From an uncultured Candidatus Entotheonella sp. (GTDB lineage Bacteria > Tectomicrobia > Entotheonellia > Entotheonellales > Entotheonellaceae): a stretch of DNA of 64,000 bases. Location: the NCBI GenBank assembly GCA_965217185.1, contig OZ244252.1:1248001-1312000 (forward strand), read 5' to 3'. The notes under the pieces were generated by a model. The model made no database searches. It saw only the letters and a program-made list of their open reading frames with translations, and had not been told where the DNA came from. The position numbers and the translations under genes are program-made. Of this stretch, positions 40,118-50,546 are shown piece by piece (positions within the stretch are counted from its first letter, which is position 1; each line of letters opens with the position of its first letter).

Positions 40118-40536
40118 ATTTTCAGCGGTAAAATCTCGAAGTCGATCATCTTGAGGTAATCGGTCCTTTCGTCCTCCGTCCAGGTTGCTTCCTGCTCAAA
40201 AACCGCCTTGCTGATGGCTTTGTCTGCCTCATGCCACTCACACTTGTCGATGTCAGCCCAGATAGAGAGGAGCAGTCTGACCTGGCTGGGATCATCAGGG
40301 TCGGTGCTGGCCTGAACGACTGCGGAGGCAAGACGGTTGCCTAGTTCCTGGCGGGCGATTTCATAAATCAATTGCAAGACTTTGGCACGAAATGGCGTGC
40401 GGAGAACCTTCGCATCCATTGGGAAGTATAGAAGGAGCGGCGCGTGCCGCTTCTTACCCACGCCGTTGGCGGGAACGGCAAAAGGGTTTCGCTTCGAACG
40501 GCAGGGCTTGGCCAGCACTGACGTATTCTGAGCCAT
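40114..40536 (-). CDS. Hypothetical protein, probable antitoxin partner of the HEPN gene
   Basis: ATGA-coupled upstream of the HEPN gene; GGAGG RBS. Confidence 0.55.
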   Translation of the reverse strand: MAQNTSVLAKPCRSKRNPFAVPANGVGKKRHAPLLLYFPMDAKVLRTPFRAKVLQLIYEIARQELGNRLASAVVQASTDPDDPSQVRLLLSIWADIDKCEWHEADKAISKAVFEQEATWTEDERTDYLKMIDFEILPLKI

Positions 40537-40557
40537 GATGGGGCCTCCCCAATCCCA

Positions 40558-41007
40558 TTACGATTCGTTGACGGCATTCATTAGAGCTTTCCCGAAACGA
40601 GTCAGGTGTTTACGTTCGGCGTCGGTTTCAGCAGTCCAATAGGGCCCAGCGTCAGTCGCTCCGACCATAGACAAAACCAGAGTCAGTTGCGATTCATCCG
40701 AATCGGGGATCGTCCGCACTGGGCCTGTGCGGAAATGAACCTCTGCGATGGACTTCATCACGATGACCGTCAGGTCGCTCAGGGTTTCATCGTCCTCATC
40801 CGTTACGATATCAATGATCAACTTGTCCGTGATGACAGCCAAGTTGGCATAGCTGCCTTCGATAAAGACGTAGAACGCCCACACCGGTAACCCCTCTATG
40901 AGTTCCCTGCCCAAGTCCCAATACTCGGCAAACGCTTTCCGCTCGTTCTCTGCAAGGATGTGTTCAACCAGGGTTTCCATCTTGCTGGTGTCATCGCGGC
41001 TTGGCAT
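40558..41007 (-). CDS. Hypothetical protein, possibly PH-like fold
   Basis: 149-aa ORF with AGGAG RBS; beta-rich (AVITDKLIIDI) with C-terminal helix. Confidence 0.55.
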   Translation of the reverse strand: MPSRDDTSKMETLVEHILAENERKAFAEYWDLGRELIEGLPVWAFYVFIEGSYANLAVITDKLIIDIVTDEDDETLSDLTVIVMKSIAEVHFRTGPVRTIPDSDESQLTLVLSMVGATDAGPYWTAETDAERKHLTRFGKALMNAVNES

Positions 41008-41326
41008 AGGGATGGCTCCTGATATCGGGTCGTCTTAACGTCCGTTGCTTTGCGGGCCCTGCGCGTGGGGACAGGGCGGCCGTTTCAGGTGAATATCGTC
41101 TCAGAACCCTTGCCAGAGTACCAAACTCGTCAGCGCTGATTCCAGGGGCGGCGGGCGGATGGGGTGAAGGCGGCCCCGAAAAGTCGGACCATGCTATGGA
41201 CCCGGCAGGAACGCATCACCAGAGGCGAGGATTCCCCCTTGTCTCCATAAGACGGTCAAAGGCACCTGGGTTCGCCCGCGATGCCCGTTCCTCGACTTGC
41301 ACCAGCACGAGACTGTCATTTCTGTT

Positions 41327-41881
41327 TCAGCCTGACTGAGAAAGCCGCTCGTACTCCGTGCAGGCGGCGGCTAGCGAAGAGGGAACCGGTTCCCTGAGTT
41401 GACGGCTATGGCACATATCAACAAGCTGTTCAACATGTCGTTGACAGTCTCTCGGACGCGGCAGACGAGGGTGACCGCCTTGAACTTCAGAGACGGTCTC
41501 ACCATCGAGATAGGCAAGCCAGGTTTCGATGGACCATGTGGGAATAAAGATGAAAACGGACTCGCTCGCGCCTCTACGTAGTATCTGCTCTTGGTCGCAC
41601 GCCGCGTCAAGCTGTGCGAGTCGTTCGGCGACGCCATAGCGGTCGCCGTCGATCAGTACGGCCAGCAACACGTTCCCATGCCGTTTGCGATATTCTTTCA
41701 ATTCTATGGGGAATCGCCTTCGGACGAACTGCTCGGCCGCGCCGCTTCCGCCGGGAGCCTTTTCTACACGTATCTGGTGTGTGGACCAGCCCATTTCCTT
41801 GAGGAAGCGCTGCGCGAAGGTCGCGTGCTGCGTGTCCTCGCACAGTAATGTCATCCGCACCTGCCGGCTCAACGCTCCCAA
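41327..41881 (-). CDS. TOPRIM-like protein (DUF4276/RloB-like)
   Basis: LLCED, VLIDGD (DxD), SIETWL; overlaps the upstream ATPase. Confidence 0.7.
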   Translation of the reverse strand: MGALSRQVRMTLLCEDTQHATFAQRFLKEMGWSTHQIRVEKAPGGSGAAEQFVRRRFPIELKEYRKRHGNVLLAVLIDGDRYGVAERLAQLDAACDQEQILRRGASESVFIFIPTWSIETWLAYLDGETVSEVQGGHPRLPRPRDCQRHVEQLVDMCHSRQLREPVPSSLAAACTEYERLSQSG

Positions 41882-42981
41882 CCTCTGGCGATCACCTCGG
41901 AAAACTTCAGGCCGCTCTCAAAGAGATGGCCTTCCGGCCTACGCGCCGTTACAACGCCCGATGTCTCGCGTTCGAGCAGCAGGCCGCAGTCAGCCCCCAG
42001 GTAGTCAATCAACTCTGGGTGATGCGAGCACAGCACGGCTTGAGGCAGGGCCTCACCGCAGACATCGGCGAGGCTCATCAGCCAGGGTTGGATCTCGGCC
42101 AGTGCTACATAGTTGTCCGGCTCGTCGACAAAAAGCGCGGAGCCTTGAACGGCGGCAAAGTGCACTAGGGCGTACAGGCCAATGAGCGCTTGTTGGCCGT
42201 CGGAGAGTTCGTCGAACTGCAGCTCATAGCGACGGTCAAAGTCCTCGAATTCGATCATTAGCCCTATTGTGCGAGGAGCTACCCGCTCCACACGGATACC
42301 CGAGAATCCTCCCTCGATGACCTGCCGAAGCTGGTTGGTAAAGGGTAGCCCCAGGTCCGGGCGGTCTTGCAGGACGTGTTGGTACCGCTCGGCGAAGTTG
42401 TCGGCACCGCGGCTCAGGAACGAGCCCTCGCGCACCGATTCGGTGCGGAAGCTTGGTGGATGGAAGCTGGATACCGTTATTTTGCGCACGAAGTCGAGAA
42501 ACTTGGTCAAACGAGATTTCGCCCGGCGTGGCGCGAGCCGTGCCAGGGCCGACTCTGACCAGTCCGTCTTGAACGTAGGACCTGCGTCATGGTTGTCTTG
42601 ATAGAGTTGAACCTCGCCCAGTTCGCACTCTAATAATGGTTTGCCGTTCGTAGTCAGCCGCTCAAGGCGGATGCGCGCTCGCCGGGTGGATCGCTCATGT
42701 TCTACTTCAAGCCGGTAGTCGAAGCAGTCTGAGTCCAATTTAGCGCGCATCTCAAAGACCTGCAGGTTGCGCTCTTGCCAACGGGTTAAAGTGCTCGTCG
42801 GGAAGGCGACAGCGTCGGTGATTTTGACTTTACCGGAAAGAAGCTGGCGCAGGGCGTACACGACGTCCAGCACCGCAGTTTTCCCGACCCCGTTCGGACT
42901 CAGCAACAGAGTCAACTCCTGTAGCTGAAGTTCAAAGTTGACGAGGCACTTGTAGTTATCGACGTACAGCCTTTGCAGCAT
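41869..42981 (-). CDS. ABC-type AAA ATPase (AAA_21/AbiEii-like)
   Basis: NYKCL, Walker A SPNGVGKT, signature LSDGQ, Walker B LFVDEPDN, SHHPELI. Confidence 0.88.
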   Translation of the reverse strand: MLQRLYVDNYKCLVNFELQLQELTLLLSPNGVGKTAVLDVVYALRQLLSGKVKITDAVAFPTSTLTRWQERNLQVFEMRAKLDSDCFDYRLEVEHERSTRRARIRLERLTTNGKPLLECELGEVQLYQDNHDAGPTFKTDWSESALARLAPRRAKSRLTKFLDFVRKITVSSFHPPSFRTESVREGSFLSRGADNFAERYQHVLQDRPDLGLPFTNQLRQVIEGGFSGIRVERVAPRTIGLMIEFEDFDRRYELQFDELSDGQQALIGLYALVHFAAVQGSALFVDEPDNYVALAEIQPWLMSLADVCGEALPQAVLCSHHPELIDYLGADCGLLLERETSGVVTARRPEGHLFESGLKFSEVIARGWER

Positions 42982-43239
42982 CGGTCTCTCCTGTCTCACT
43001 TGACAAAAGGTGAGTACTCTACACGTTCTTGATTAACGTGCGCGTCGCCCTCTCCAAGAGCTTGCTGCGGATACCCTTGGGCAATGACTGGTAGAAGTGG
43101 TACAACTCGCCGTCCGATGTTGAGTTCCGTCAAGATCATACCGTCCTTTTAGGCCCTAAGGGCCGGGCGTACGAAGTCGGAAGGCGATAGTAAAGGTAAA
43201 ATCCTGTGCGATGTGGGCCGACTCAATTCTGCTCTTACA

Positions 43240-44664
43240 CTACAGCGCCCGCCGCAGGGCTGCTTGGGCAGCGAAGTAGCCGCTCATGCCGTGCACCCCG
43301 CCACCCGGTGGCGTGGAGGCGGAGCAGATAAACAATTTCCTGTCCGGCATTGCGTAGGGCGTCAGCCGCATGGCGGGCCGGGTGAAGAGTTGACGCAAAT
43401 CCTGCACGCCGCCGCTGATATCGCCGCCCACATAGTTGGAATTGTATTGTTCCAGTGCCGTGGGCGCCATGACGTGGCGGGCCAACACGCGCTCCCGAAA
43501 TCCGGGTGCGAAGCGTTCGATCTGGCTTTCGATGCGTTCGGACATGTCGAATGTGGAGCCGTGCGGCACGTGACAGTAGGCCCAGGCGGTATGCTGACCG
43601 GCAGGCGCGCGAGTGTCGTCGAACAGGCTCGGCTGGGCCAGAATCACAAAGGGCCGTTCGCTTTGTTGACCGTTGAAGGCGTCCCGTTCGGCGTCGGCGA
43701 TTTCCTCCAGCGTGCCTCCGAGATGCACGGTGGCGGCGCGCTGACACGCCGCGGCGCGCCACGGGATTGGGCCGTCGAGCGCCCAGTCCATCTTGAAAAC
43801 GCCCGGGCCGTAACGATAGCGCGCCAGTTGGCGCCGGTAGGAATTTGGCAGGCGGTGTCCGGCCAGCCGTATCACTTGGCGTGGCGTCACGTTCAGGAGC
43901 ACGACGCGGCTCGGCGGCAATTCGTCCACGCAGGTAACCGGTGCGTTCGTTTGGATTTCTCCCCCCAGGGAGGTCAGATACGACGTCATGGCGTCGGCAA
44001 GGCGTCTCGAGCCGCCGCGCACGAGCGGCCAGCCAACTGCATGGCCTAGAATGCCCAATACCAGGCCGAACGCTGCAGTGGGCCGTTTGTCGAGGGGCAG
44101 AACCGCGTGCGCGGCCAGGCCGGCGAAAAGCGCCCGCGCCGCGTGGCCAGTAAACTTGGCTTCCGCCAAGGCCCGCGCCGAGTGCAGCCCGGGCAGGCCG
44201 AAGCGGGCCAGGAGCAAAGGGTTCCGTGGTATGCGCAAAGGGCCCAACAGCATGTTCATCAACGGTTCCCAGTGCCGCACCAGCGGGGCCATCAGGTCCA
44301 CGTAGGCGTTGCCGTCGGCGCCCAACGCGGCGCCCGTGCATTGCAGGGATCGTTTGAGTAGTAGCGCTTGGCCGTCGTCCATGGGATGCGCCAGTGCGGC
44401 GTCCGGTTCGATCCAGGTCACGCCGTGGTCGGCGAGGGGTAGCGAACGGAAGAACGGCGAGGCCCTGGCCAGTGGATGAATCGCCGCGCAGACGTCGTGT
44501 ACGAACCCGGGTAGGGTTAACGGCTTCGAGCGTAGCCCGCCGCCGACCGTTTCAGCGGCTTCGAGAACCAGCACCGAGCAACCGGCCCGCACCAGGGTAA
44601 TGGCGGCAGCGAGGCCGTTCGGACCGGAGCCGACCACAACTGCGTCGTAATCCACAGACGGCAT
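43240..44664 (-). CDS. Phytoene-dehydrogenase-like FAD oxidoreductase
   Basis: GSGPNGLAAA, HDVCAAIHP, YCHVPHG, GGDISGG, STPPGGGVHGMSG. Confidence 0.9.
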   Translation of the reverse strand: MPSVDYDAVVVGSGPNGLAAAITLVRAGCSVLVLEAAETVGGGLRSKPLTLPGFVHDVCAAIHPLARASPFFRSLPLADHGVTWIEPDAALAHPMDDGQALLLKRSLQCTGAALGADGNAYVDLMAPLVRHWEPLMNMLLGPLRIPRNPLLLARFGLPGLHSARALAEAKFTGHAARALFAGLAAHAVLPLDKRPTAAFGLVLGILGHAVGWPLVRGGSRRLADAMTSYLTSLGGEIQTNAPVTCVDELPPSRVVLLNVTPRQVIRLAGHRLPNSYRRQLARYRYGPGVFKMDWALDGPIPWRAAACQRAATVHLGGTLEEIADAERDAFNGQQSERPFVILAQPSLFDDTRAPAGQHTAWAYCHVPHGSTFDMSERIESQIERFAPGFRERVLARHVMAPTALEQYNSNYVGGDISGGVQDLRQLFTRPAMRLTPYAMPDRKLFICSASTPPGGGVHGMSGYFAAQAALRRAL

Positions 44665-44864
44665 CAGGCGCCTCGTTTTTCGCAGGTGACGGAAGTAGAA
44701 GAAACCAGTGGCGATGTCAAAGCCTGGAGGTTGTCAATGCGTCGCCGAGGCCACAACAGCGCACTTTCCGGTTGACTCCGAACGCCGTCGCAAGCAGGAT
44801 GACAGCCTTCGACAGTCAGTCTCACCTTATTGCTAGGAAACGGGTCGTCCAACGCCCGCAAAGC

Positions 44865-44892
44865 GTCACTCCGGGCTTGCCCCGGAATCCAG
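44865..44892. repeat. REP-like palindrome (family copy 2, half element)
   Basis: GTCACTCCGGGCTTGCCCCGGAATCCAG. Confidence 0.6.
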
Positions 44893-45046
44893 CGACCTTC
44901 GTTCTGGGTAGACTTCCGGTCCTCCGGAGAACCTTTTGGACCCTTGGCTTCCGTTGGGGTGACGGGACCCGCTTCCATCAATGTCACATGGCCTGCAGGC
45001 CATAGTGGTTCCAACAATGCGTCCCGCAAGAGCAGGAGTCCGTTTT

Positions 45047-46015
45047 ATGAAAGCTGTACGTGTCCACGAGTTTGGCGGCCCCGAGGCGATGAACTATGAG
45101 GAGGTTCCCACCCCTTCGCCGGGCGAGGGCCAGGTGCTGGTGAAACTGGCGGCCAGCGGCCTGAATTACATCGACGTTTACCAGCGCACCGGCTCGTATC
45201 CCAACGCCCTACCCTACACCCTCGGCTTGGAAGGCTCCGGCACCGTGGCGGGCGTGGGAGCCGGGGTCGCCGCGTTCAAGGAAGGCGATCCGGTCACATG
45301 GACCGGCGTGCCCGGTGCCTACGCCGAGTATGCCGTGGTGCCCGAGCAGCGCCTGGTGCGCATGCCCGACGGGCTGGACGTCAAAGTGGGTGCGGCAGCC
45401 ATGCTGCAGGGAATGACGGCGCACTATCTCATCAAGACCACCTACCCTCTCAAAGCCGGTGACGCCTGTCTGGTGCATGCCGCGGCCGGCGGCGTCGGTC
45501 TGTTGCTGGTACAGATGGCCAAGCAGTGCGGCGCGCGGGTGTTCGGCACCGTTTCCACCGAGGAGAAGGCCGCTCTGGCGCGAGACGCCGGTGCCGACGA
45601 CGTGATCCTCTACACTGAGCAGGATTTCGAGGCCGAGGTGAAGCGCCTGACCGACGGTAAGGGCGTACAGGTGGTTTACGACGCGGTGGGCAAAACGACG
45701 TTTGACAAAAGCCTGAACTGTCTGGCGCCGCTGGGTTACATGGTCCTCTACGGGGCTTCCAGCGGCCCGGTGCCGCCGTTCGATGCCGCCGTTCTCGGCG
45801 CCAAGGGGTCGTTGTTCCTCACCCGCCCCAGCCTGTTCCACCACATCGCCGACCGCGCCAGTCTCGAGGAGCGTGCCGGCGACGTCCTCAACTGGATCGC
45901 CGACGGCAGCCTCAAGCTGCGCATGGAGCACAACTTCGCCTTGTCCGAGGTGGCGGAGGCGCATCGCAGTCTGGAAGGACGAAAGACCACCGGCAAGGTG
46001 TTGTTGATTCCGTAG
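45047..46015 (+). CDS. qor: NADPH:quinone oxidoreductase (zeta-crystallin family)
   Basis: GLNYIDVYQR, LQGMTAHYL, HAAAGGVG, KGSLFLTRP, RKTTGKVLL. Confidence 0.93.
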   Translation: MKAVRVHEFGGPEAMNYEEVPTPSPGEGQVLVKLAASGLNYIDVYQRTGSYPNALPYTLGLEGSGTVAGVGAGVAAFKEGDPVTWTGVPGAYAEYAVVPEQRLVRMPDGLDVKVGAAAMLQGMTAHYLIKTTYPLKAGDACLVHAAAGGVGLLLVQMAKQCGARVFGTVSTEEKAALARDAGADDVILYTEQDFEAEVKRLTDGKGVQVVYDAVGKTTFDKSLNCLAPLGYMVLYGASSGPVPPFDAAVLGAKGSLFLTRPSLFHHIADRASLEERAGDVLNWIADGSLKLRMEHNFALSEVAEAHRSLEGRKTTGKVLLIP

Positions 46016-46022
46016 TGCAGCG

Positions 46023-46056
46023 GTATGTCGGATTAGCAAAGCGTAATCCGACATAC
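46023..46056. repeat. REP-type palindrome between convergent genes, possible bidirectional terminator
   Basis: GTATGTCGGATTA-GCAAAGCG-TAATCCGACATAC, perfect 13-bp arms. Confidence 0.7.
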
Positions 46057-46103
46057 AGTTCTTAAAGGCGGGCGGGGACCGCAATGGCCCGCTCGCTTCA
46101 ACC

Positions 46104-47618
46104 TCAGGCTTCCTGCCTCCAGCGCGACTTCACGGCCTCGCGGTCTACCTCATGGGTATCGGTCCTCGGCAGCGCATCCGTAATCACGACCCACTTCGGT
46201 TTCTTGTAGCGGGCGATTCTGCCGGCCACGTAATCGATGATCTGTTCCTCGCTCAGACCACCGTCGCCGTACTCGACGACGGCCTTGATGGCCTCGCCCC
46301 ACTGGGCATCGGGCACGCCAAAGACGCACACACCATTCACGCCGGGTATCTCCATGATGACGGTCTCGACCTCGGCGGGATAGACGTTCTCCCCACCCGG
46401 CTTGATCAATTCCTTTTCCGGCTTGCGGCCCACGTAGTGCAGAAAGCCATCCTCATCAAAACGACCCACGTCGCCGGTGTGGTGCCAGCCGCCGCGGAAG
46501 GTGTGCTCGGTTTCTTCCTGCTGAGCATAGTAACCCTGAAACACCACGAATCCGCGCGCCAGAATTTCGCCCGCCGTGCCGACCGGCACCTCGCGGTCGT
46601 ATTCGTCAACCAGCCGCACGCGGCATAGCGGCGCCACTCTGCCCGCTGCGCCCGGCCGGTCGGCAGCACGCTGCAGGGTGATGAAGCCGCTGGTTTCGGT
46701 CTGGCCGTAGCCTGTCCAGAACTGCGCTTGGGTATTGGCGTGCAGGCGTCCGATGGCCTCCGGACCTTCGAGACCGGCCACATGCTTCAGACTGGGCAGA
46801 CGGCTGCCGGCCGCCTCCGCGGCGTCCAAAACCGAACTGAGGACGGGGGGAAAACTGGTGAGATAGGTGACGTTGTGCGCGTCTATCAGTTGCACGGCTT
46901 GGGCGGCGTCGAAACGGGCCGTCAGTACGTTGGCGCCACCGGCGTGCATGGTGGCGAACGCCGCCCCTAAAGCCGCGATGTGAAACAGGGGCAGGGCGAG
47001 AAGGTTGCAGTCGGATTCGGTGAGACCCATGCAAACCATGGTTTGCAGGTTGGCCGCCATCAGATTGTTGTGCGTCAGCACGGCGCCGCGCGGGATTACG
47101 TCCACCGCGGCGGTGGAGATCACCGCGAACGGGTCGTCGCCCATAACCGTGCCGGATGCATCGGCGGGCTCAGTATCGGCGTACAGCGTGTCGAAGGCAG
47201 CGAACGGGCCGGAGGGGGTTCCGAACGTATACCAGTGAGTAATGCCGCTGCTCGTCGGCCAATCCGCTACCGCCGGCTGCGTGGCGGCATCGACGACCAT
47301 CATGCTCGGCTCGGCCCGCGCGACGATGCGGAGGACCTCATCTGCCGTCAGGCGCCAGTTGATCGGATAGGCCAGAATGCCAAGCTTGGCGCAGGCGCCG
47401 TAGAGGTCCAGGTAGCCGGGGTGGTTTTGCGCCAGAATGCAGATGCGCTCGCCTTTCCGGATCGGCAATGCCGCCAAGCCGCTCGCCAAGGCATCGACGC
47501 GGGCAAGAAACTCGCGGGAATTAATCTCACCCTGTTCGTGAATAACCGCCGGCCGTCCGCCGAATTGTGCGGCGTTGCGCAGCAGCATGTCATACAGCGT
47601 GAACGTCTGCACCGACAC
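46104..47618 (-). CDS. AMP-binding acyl-CoA ligase
   Basis: Divergent P-loop STAAVDVIPRGA, GYGQTET, WHHTGD, IKPGGENVYPAEVE; GTG start after AAGGAG. Confidence 0.9.
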   Translation of the reverse strand: MSVQTFTLYDMLLRNAAQFGGRPAVIHEQGEINSREFLARVDALASGLAALPIRKGERICILAQNHPGYLDLYGACAKLGILAYPINWRLTADEVLRIVARAEPSMMVVDAATQPAVADWPTSSGITHWYTFGTPSGPFAAFDTLYADTEPADASGTVMGDDPFAVISTAAVDVIPRGAVLTHNNLMAANLQTMVCMGLTESDCNLLALPLFHIAALGAAFATMHAGGANVLTARFDAAQAVQLIDAHNVTYLTSFPPVLSSVLDAAEAAGSRLPSLKHVAGLEGPEAIGRLHANTQAQFWTGYGQTETSGFITLQRAADRPGAAGRVAPLCRVRLVDEYDREVPVGTAGEILARGFVVFQGYYAQQEETEHTFRGGWHHTGDVGRFDEDGFLHYVGRKPEKELIKPGGENVYPAEVETVIMEIPGVNGVCVFGVPDAQWGEAIKAVVEYGDGGLSEEQIIDYVAGRIARYKKPKWVVITDALPRTDTHEVDREAVKSRWRQEA

Positions 47619-47644
47619 GGGGTTCTCCTTCCTTGGCGTGGGAG

Positions 47645-48322
47645 CTACGCGGCAATCGGCGTGGTGACGAAAACGCGGAAATTGGCGCGCAGCGACGCTG
47701 TCTCTCGGATGGCGAAGCCCGCCTCGGCCAGCAGCCATTGCCAATCCTCGGTGGTGTATTTGTTGTGCACCGGGAAGAGGCGGAACCAGCGCCGCAGGCT
47801 GTCCTGCCGTTCTTCGCCCTCCCCTTCGACGCGGGAGTCGAGGTACTCGGTCAGCGGTGCGCGCACCCAGTCGTTCAGGAAGAAAATGCCGTCCGGGGCG
47901 AGCAGGCGGCGGATTTCCCCAAGTACCGGCAGCGGCTCGTCCAGCAGGTGCAGAATGGCCGTCATGTTGATCAGGTGCACCGAGCCGTCGGCCAAGGGGA
48001 CGGGCTGCGCGGTCAGGTCGTGCACCGCGAGAGTCGGTTTCGGACCCGCGTAGGTCACCTCCTCCTGCGCATACGTGATCATGGCCGACGTGAGGTCATA
48101 TCCGTGCAAGGCGGAGCCGGGGAAACGCCGGCTGAGGTCGCGGAGAAACAATCCTGGGCCGCAGCCAAGGTCCACAATGGTGGGCCGGCCCGGCAGGTTT
48201 GGTGACACGTGCGTGTCGAAATAGCTCCGGAAGGCGTGGTCGTGGCGCTCGTCGTGACTGTCGACCATGCGCTCGACGAGTTCCGTATCCGACATGCCGC
48301 TGATGCTTTGATGGGTTGCCAT
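47645..48322 (-). CDS. Class I SAM-dependent methyltransferase
   Basis: VDLGCGPG motif I; RLLAPDG. Confidence 0.9.
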   Translation of the reverse strand: MATHQSISGMSDTELVERMVDSHDERHDHAFRSYFDTHVSPNLPGRPTIVDLGCGPGLFLRDLSRRFPGSALHGYDLTSAMITYAQEEVTYAGPKPTLAVHDLTAQPVPLADGSVHLINMTAILHLLDEPLPVLGEIRRLLAPDGIFFLNDWVRAPLTEYLDSRVEGEGEERQDSLRRWFRLFPVHNKYTTEDWQWLLAEAGFAIRETASLRANFRVFVTTPIAA

Positions 48323-48446
48323 AGTCTCCTCGGGGATTCCTTCCTTTGGGGGTAAGCTGCACTATAATGGCGCGGCTAATATACATCAGCAAAATGTTCG
48401 ACAACAGGGTTGGCGTGCGCCGTCGGCGCCAGCGTGAGGACGACGG

Positions 48447-49460
48447 ATGGCACCCTTCCAACTCCAATCGCCGCTTGACATGCACCTACACTTACGCGAG
48501 GGCGAACTGCTGAGCCTCGTGGCGCCGCTGAGCGCCCGCACCTTTGCCGGCGCGGTGATCATGCCCAACCTGGTGCCGCCTGTCGACAATGCGACACGCC
48601 TCGATAGTTACCGCGCCGCTGTCGACGCGGCCGCTGGGGATGCAGTCTTCGAACCCTACATGACGCTATTCTTCCGCCCATACATCGCGGACGAGCTTGA
48701 GGCCATGCACTCGCGCATCATCGGCATCAAACTTTATCCGGCCGGCGTCACCACCAACAGCGAAGCCGGTGTGCGGGCGTTGCAAGAGGCCGAGCCGACG
48801 CTGGGCTTGATGCAGGAGCTTGACATTCCCCTGCTGGTGCACGGCGAAAGCACGGGGTTCGTTATGGATCGCGAGGCGGAGTTCATGCCGGTGTATGAGC
48901 ATCTGGCGCAAACGTTCCCGCGCCTGCGTATCGTGATGGAGCATATCACCACGCGGCAGGCGGTGGCGTTTCTCGACCGTCATGCCAACGTCTACGCCAC
49001 CGTCACGCTGCATCACCTCGTTCTGACTCTTGACGACGTGGCGGGGGGCCTGTTGGCGCCGCACCTGTTTTGCAAACCCATCGCCAAGCGTGCGGAGGAC
49101 CGCGATGCCTTGCTCGCCGCCGCCCTCAGCGCCCATCCCAAGCTGATGTTCGGGAGCGACTCGGCGCCGCATCCGCAGCACAACAAAGAATGCGCCGGCT
49201 GCGCTGCCGGGGTGTTCACGGCGCCGATGGCGCTGCCGATGCTCGTCGAACTTTTCGACAAGCACGACGCCCTGGATAACCTGCAAGCCTTCGTTTCCGG
49301 GAACGCCCGGCGTATCTATCGCCTGACGCCTGCGCCCAAGACGGTTTCTTTCGTCAAGGAAGCAACCGTCGTTCCGTCGCAATATGGCACGGTCGTACCG
49401 TTCGGCGCCGGCAAAACCGTCGCGTGGCGATTGCCTGAAACCGGCCAAACACCCGTTTGA
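48447..49460 (+). CDS. pyrC: Dihydroorotase, homodimeric type
   Basis: [42 protein letters not shown]. Confidence 0.96.
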   Translation: MAPFQLQSPLDMHLHLREGELLSLVAPLSARTFAGAVIMPNLVPPVDNATRLDSYRAAVDAAAGDAVFEPYMTLFFRPYIADELEAMHSRIIGIKLYPAGVTTNSEAGVRALQEAEPTLGLMQELDIPLLVHGESTGFVMDREAEFMPVYEHLAQTFPRLRIVMEHITTRQAVAFLDRHANVYATVTLHHLVLTLDDVAGGLLAPHLFCKPIAKRAEDRDALLAAALSAHPKLMFGSDSAPHPQHNKECAGCAAGVFTAPMALPMLVELFDKHDALDNLQAFVSGNARRIYRLTPAPKTVSFVKEATVVPSQYGTVVPFGAGKTVAWRLPETGQTPV

Positions 49461-49600
49461 CACCCGTTTGATGTTAGTGGTATACAAAGGCCTTGTGACA
49501 GGTCGTCTATGACTTCCTGCCACATTGTTATCCGAGTGTGAAGAATCTCAACCCAGGCTCCCCCGCTGCAGCCACCAAAAAGAACGGTACCGATTTCTCC

Positions 49601-50491
49601 ATGATTTCGTCGGAACTCTACCATCAAGTACGCCGTCTGCACATCCGCACAAACCGACTGGTCAACGAAACATTTGGGGGCGAATACCTGAGCGCTTTCA
49701 AAGGCCACGGCATGGAGTTCGCCGAGGTGCGCGAATATGCGCCCGGCGACGACGTGCGCAGTATTGATTGGAACGTCACGGCGCGACGGGGTCACCCGTA
49801 CATCAAGCGATATGTAGAGGAGCGAGAATTGACCGTCATGTTGCTGGTCGACCTCAGCGCCTCCGGGCAATTTGGCAGTGTCAACCGGCTGAAGACGGAT
49901 ATTGCGACGGAAATGTGCGCGGTTCTGGCGCTGAGCGCCATCAGCAACAACGACCGCGTCGGGCTGCTGCTGTTCACAGACAAGATCGAAAAATTCGTGC
50001 CGCCGCAGAAGGGCAAGCGTCACGGGATGCGGATCATGCGGGACCTGCTGTATTTTCAGCCGCAACAGCGGCGCACGGATGTGAGTTTGGCGTTGGACTT
50101 TCTGCATCACATCAGTCGGCGTCGCACGGTCAGTTTCCTGGTTTCCGACTTCATGACGTCGGGGTACGACATGCCCCTGCGCGTCGCGCACCGGCGCCAC
50201 GACATGATCCCGATCAGCATTGCCGACCGCCGTGAGGCCAGCCTGCCGCAGCTCGGTCTGGTCGCCCTGCAGGACCTAGAGACCGGTGAATATATGCTGG
50301 TTGACACGACCAGCAATGCGGTACGTGAGAACTACCAACGCCGCCGGGAAACCGCGGTCGAACAGCGCCAGCACTTGTTCAAGTCGCTGCGCATCGATTC
50401 CATTGAGGTGAATACGGAGGAGCCCTATATTCGTCCCCTGCTGCGATTCTTCCGGCAGCGGGAGCGGCGCGGCGCCAGGGCCTGGGCGTAG
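49601..50491 (+). CDS. DUF58 (VWA-like, MxaS-like) MoxR-associated protein
   Basis: GEYLSAFKGHGMEFAEVREY.PGDDVRSIDWNVTAR, EERE, VSDF. Confidence 0.93.
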   Translation: MISSELYHQVRRLHIRTNRLVNETFGGEYLSAFKGHGMEFAEVREYAPGDDVRSIDWNVTARRGHPYIKRYVEERELTVMLLVDLSASGQFGSVNRLKTDIATEMCAVLALSAISNNDRVGLLLFTDKIEKFVPPQKGKRHGMRIMRDLLYFQPQQRRTDVSLALDFLHHISRRRTVSFLVSDFMTSGYDMPLRVAHRRHDMIPISIADRREASLPQLGLVALQDLETGEYMLVDTTSNAVRENYQRRRETAVEQRQHLFKSLRIDSIEVNTEEPYIRPLLRFFRQRERRGARAWA

Positions 50492-50546
50492 TGTAAGCCC
50501 GCACTTCCCTTGGCTGCCCCATGTCATGCAATTGGAGCCTGCTCGT

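Noticed and set aside
43017..43140. Small minus-strand reading frame (..GELYHFYQSLPKGIRSKLLERATRTLIKNV) upstream of the ATPase
   Set aside because: No in-frame start and RBS identified; too short to assign, possibly a remnant.
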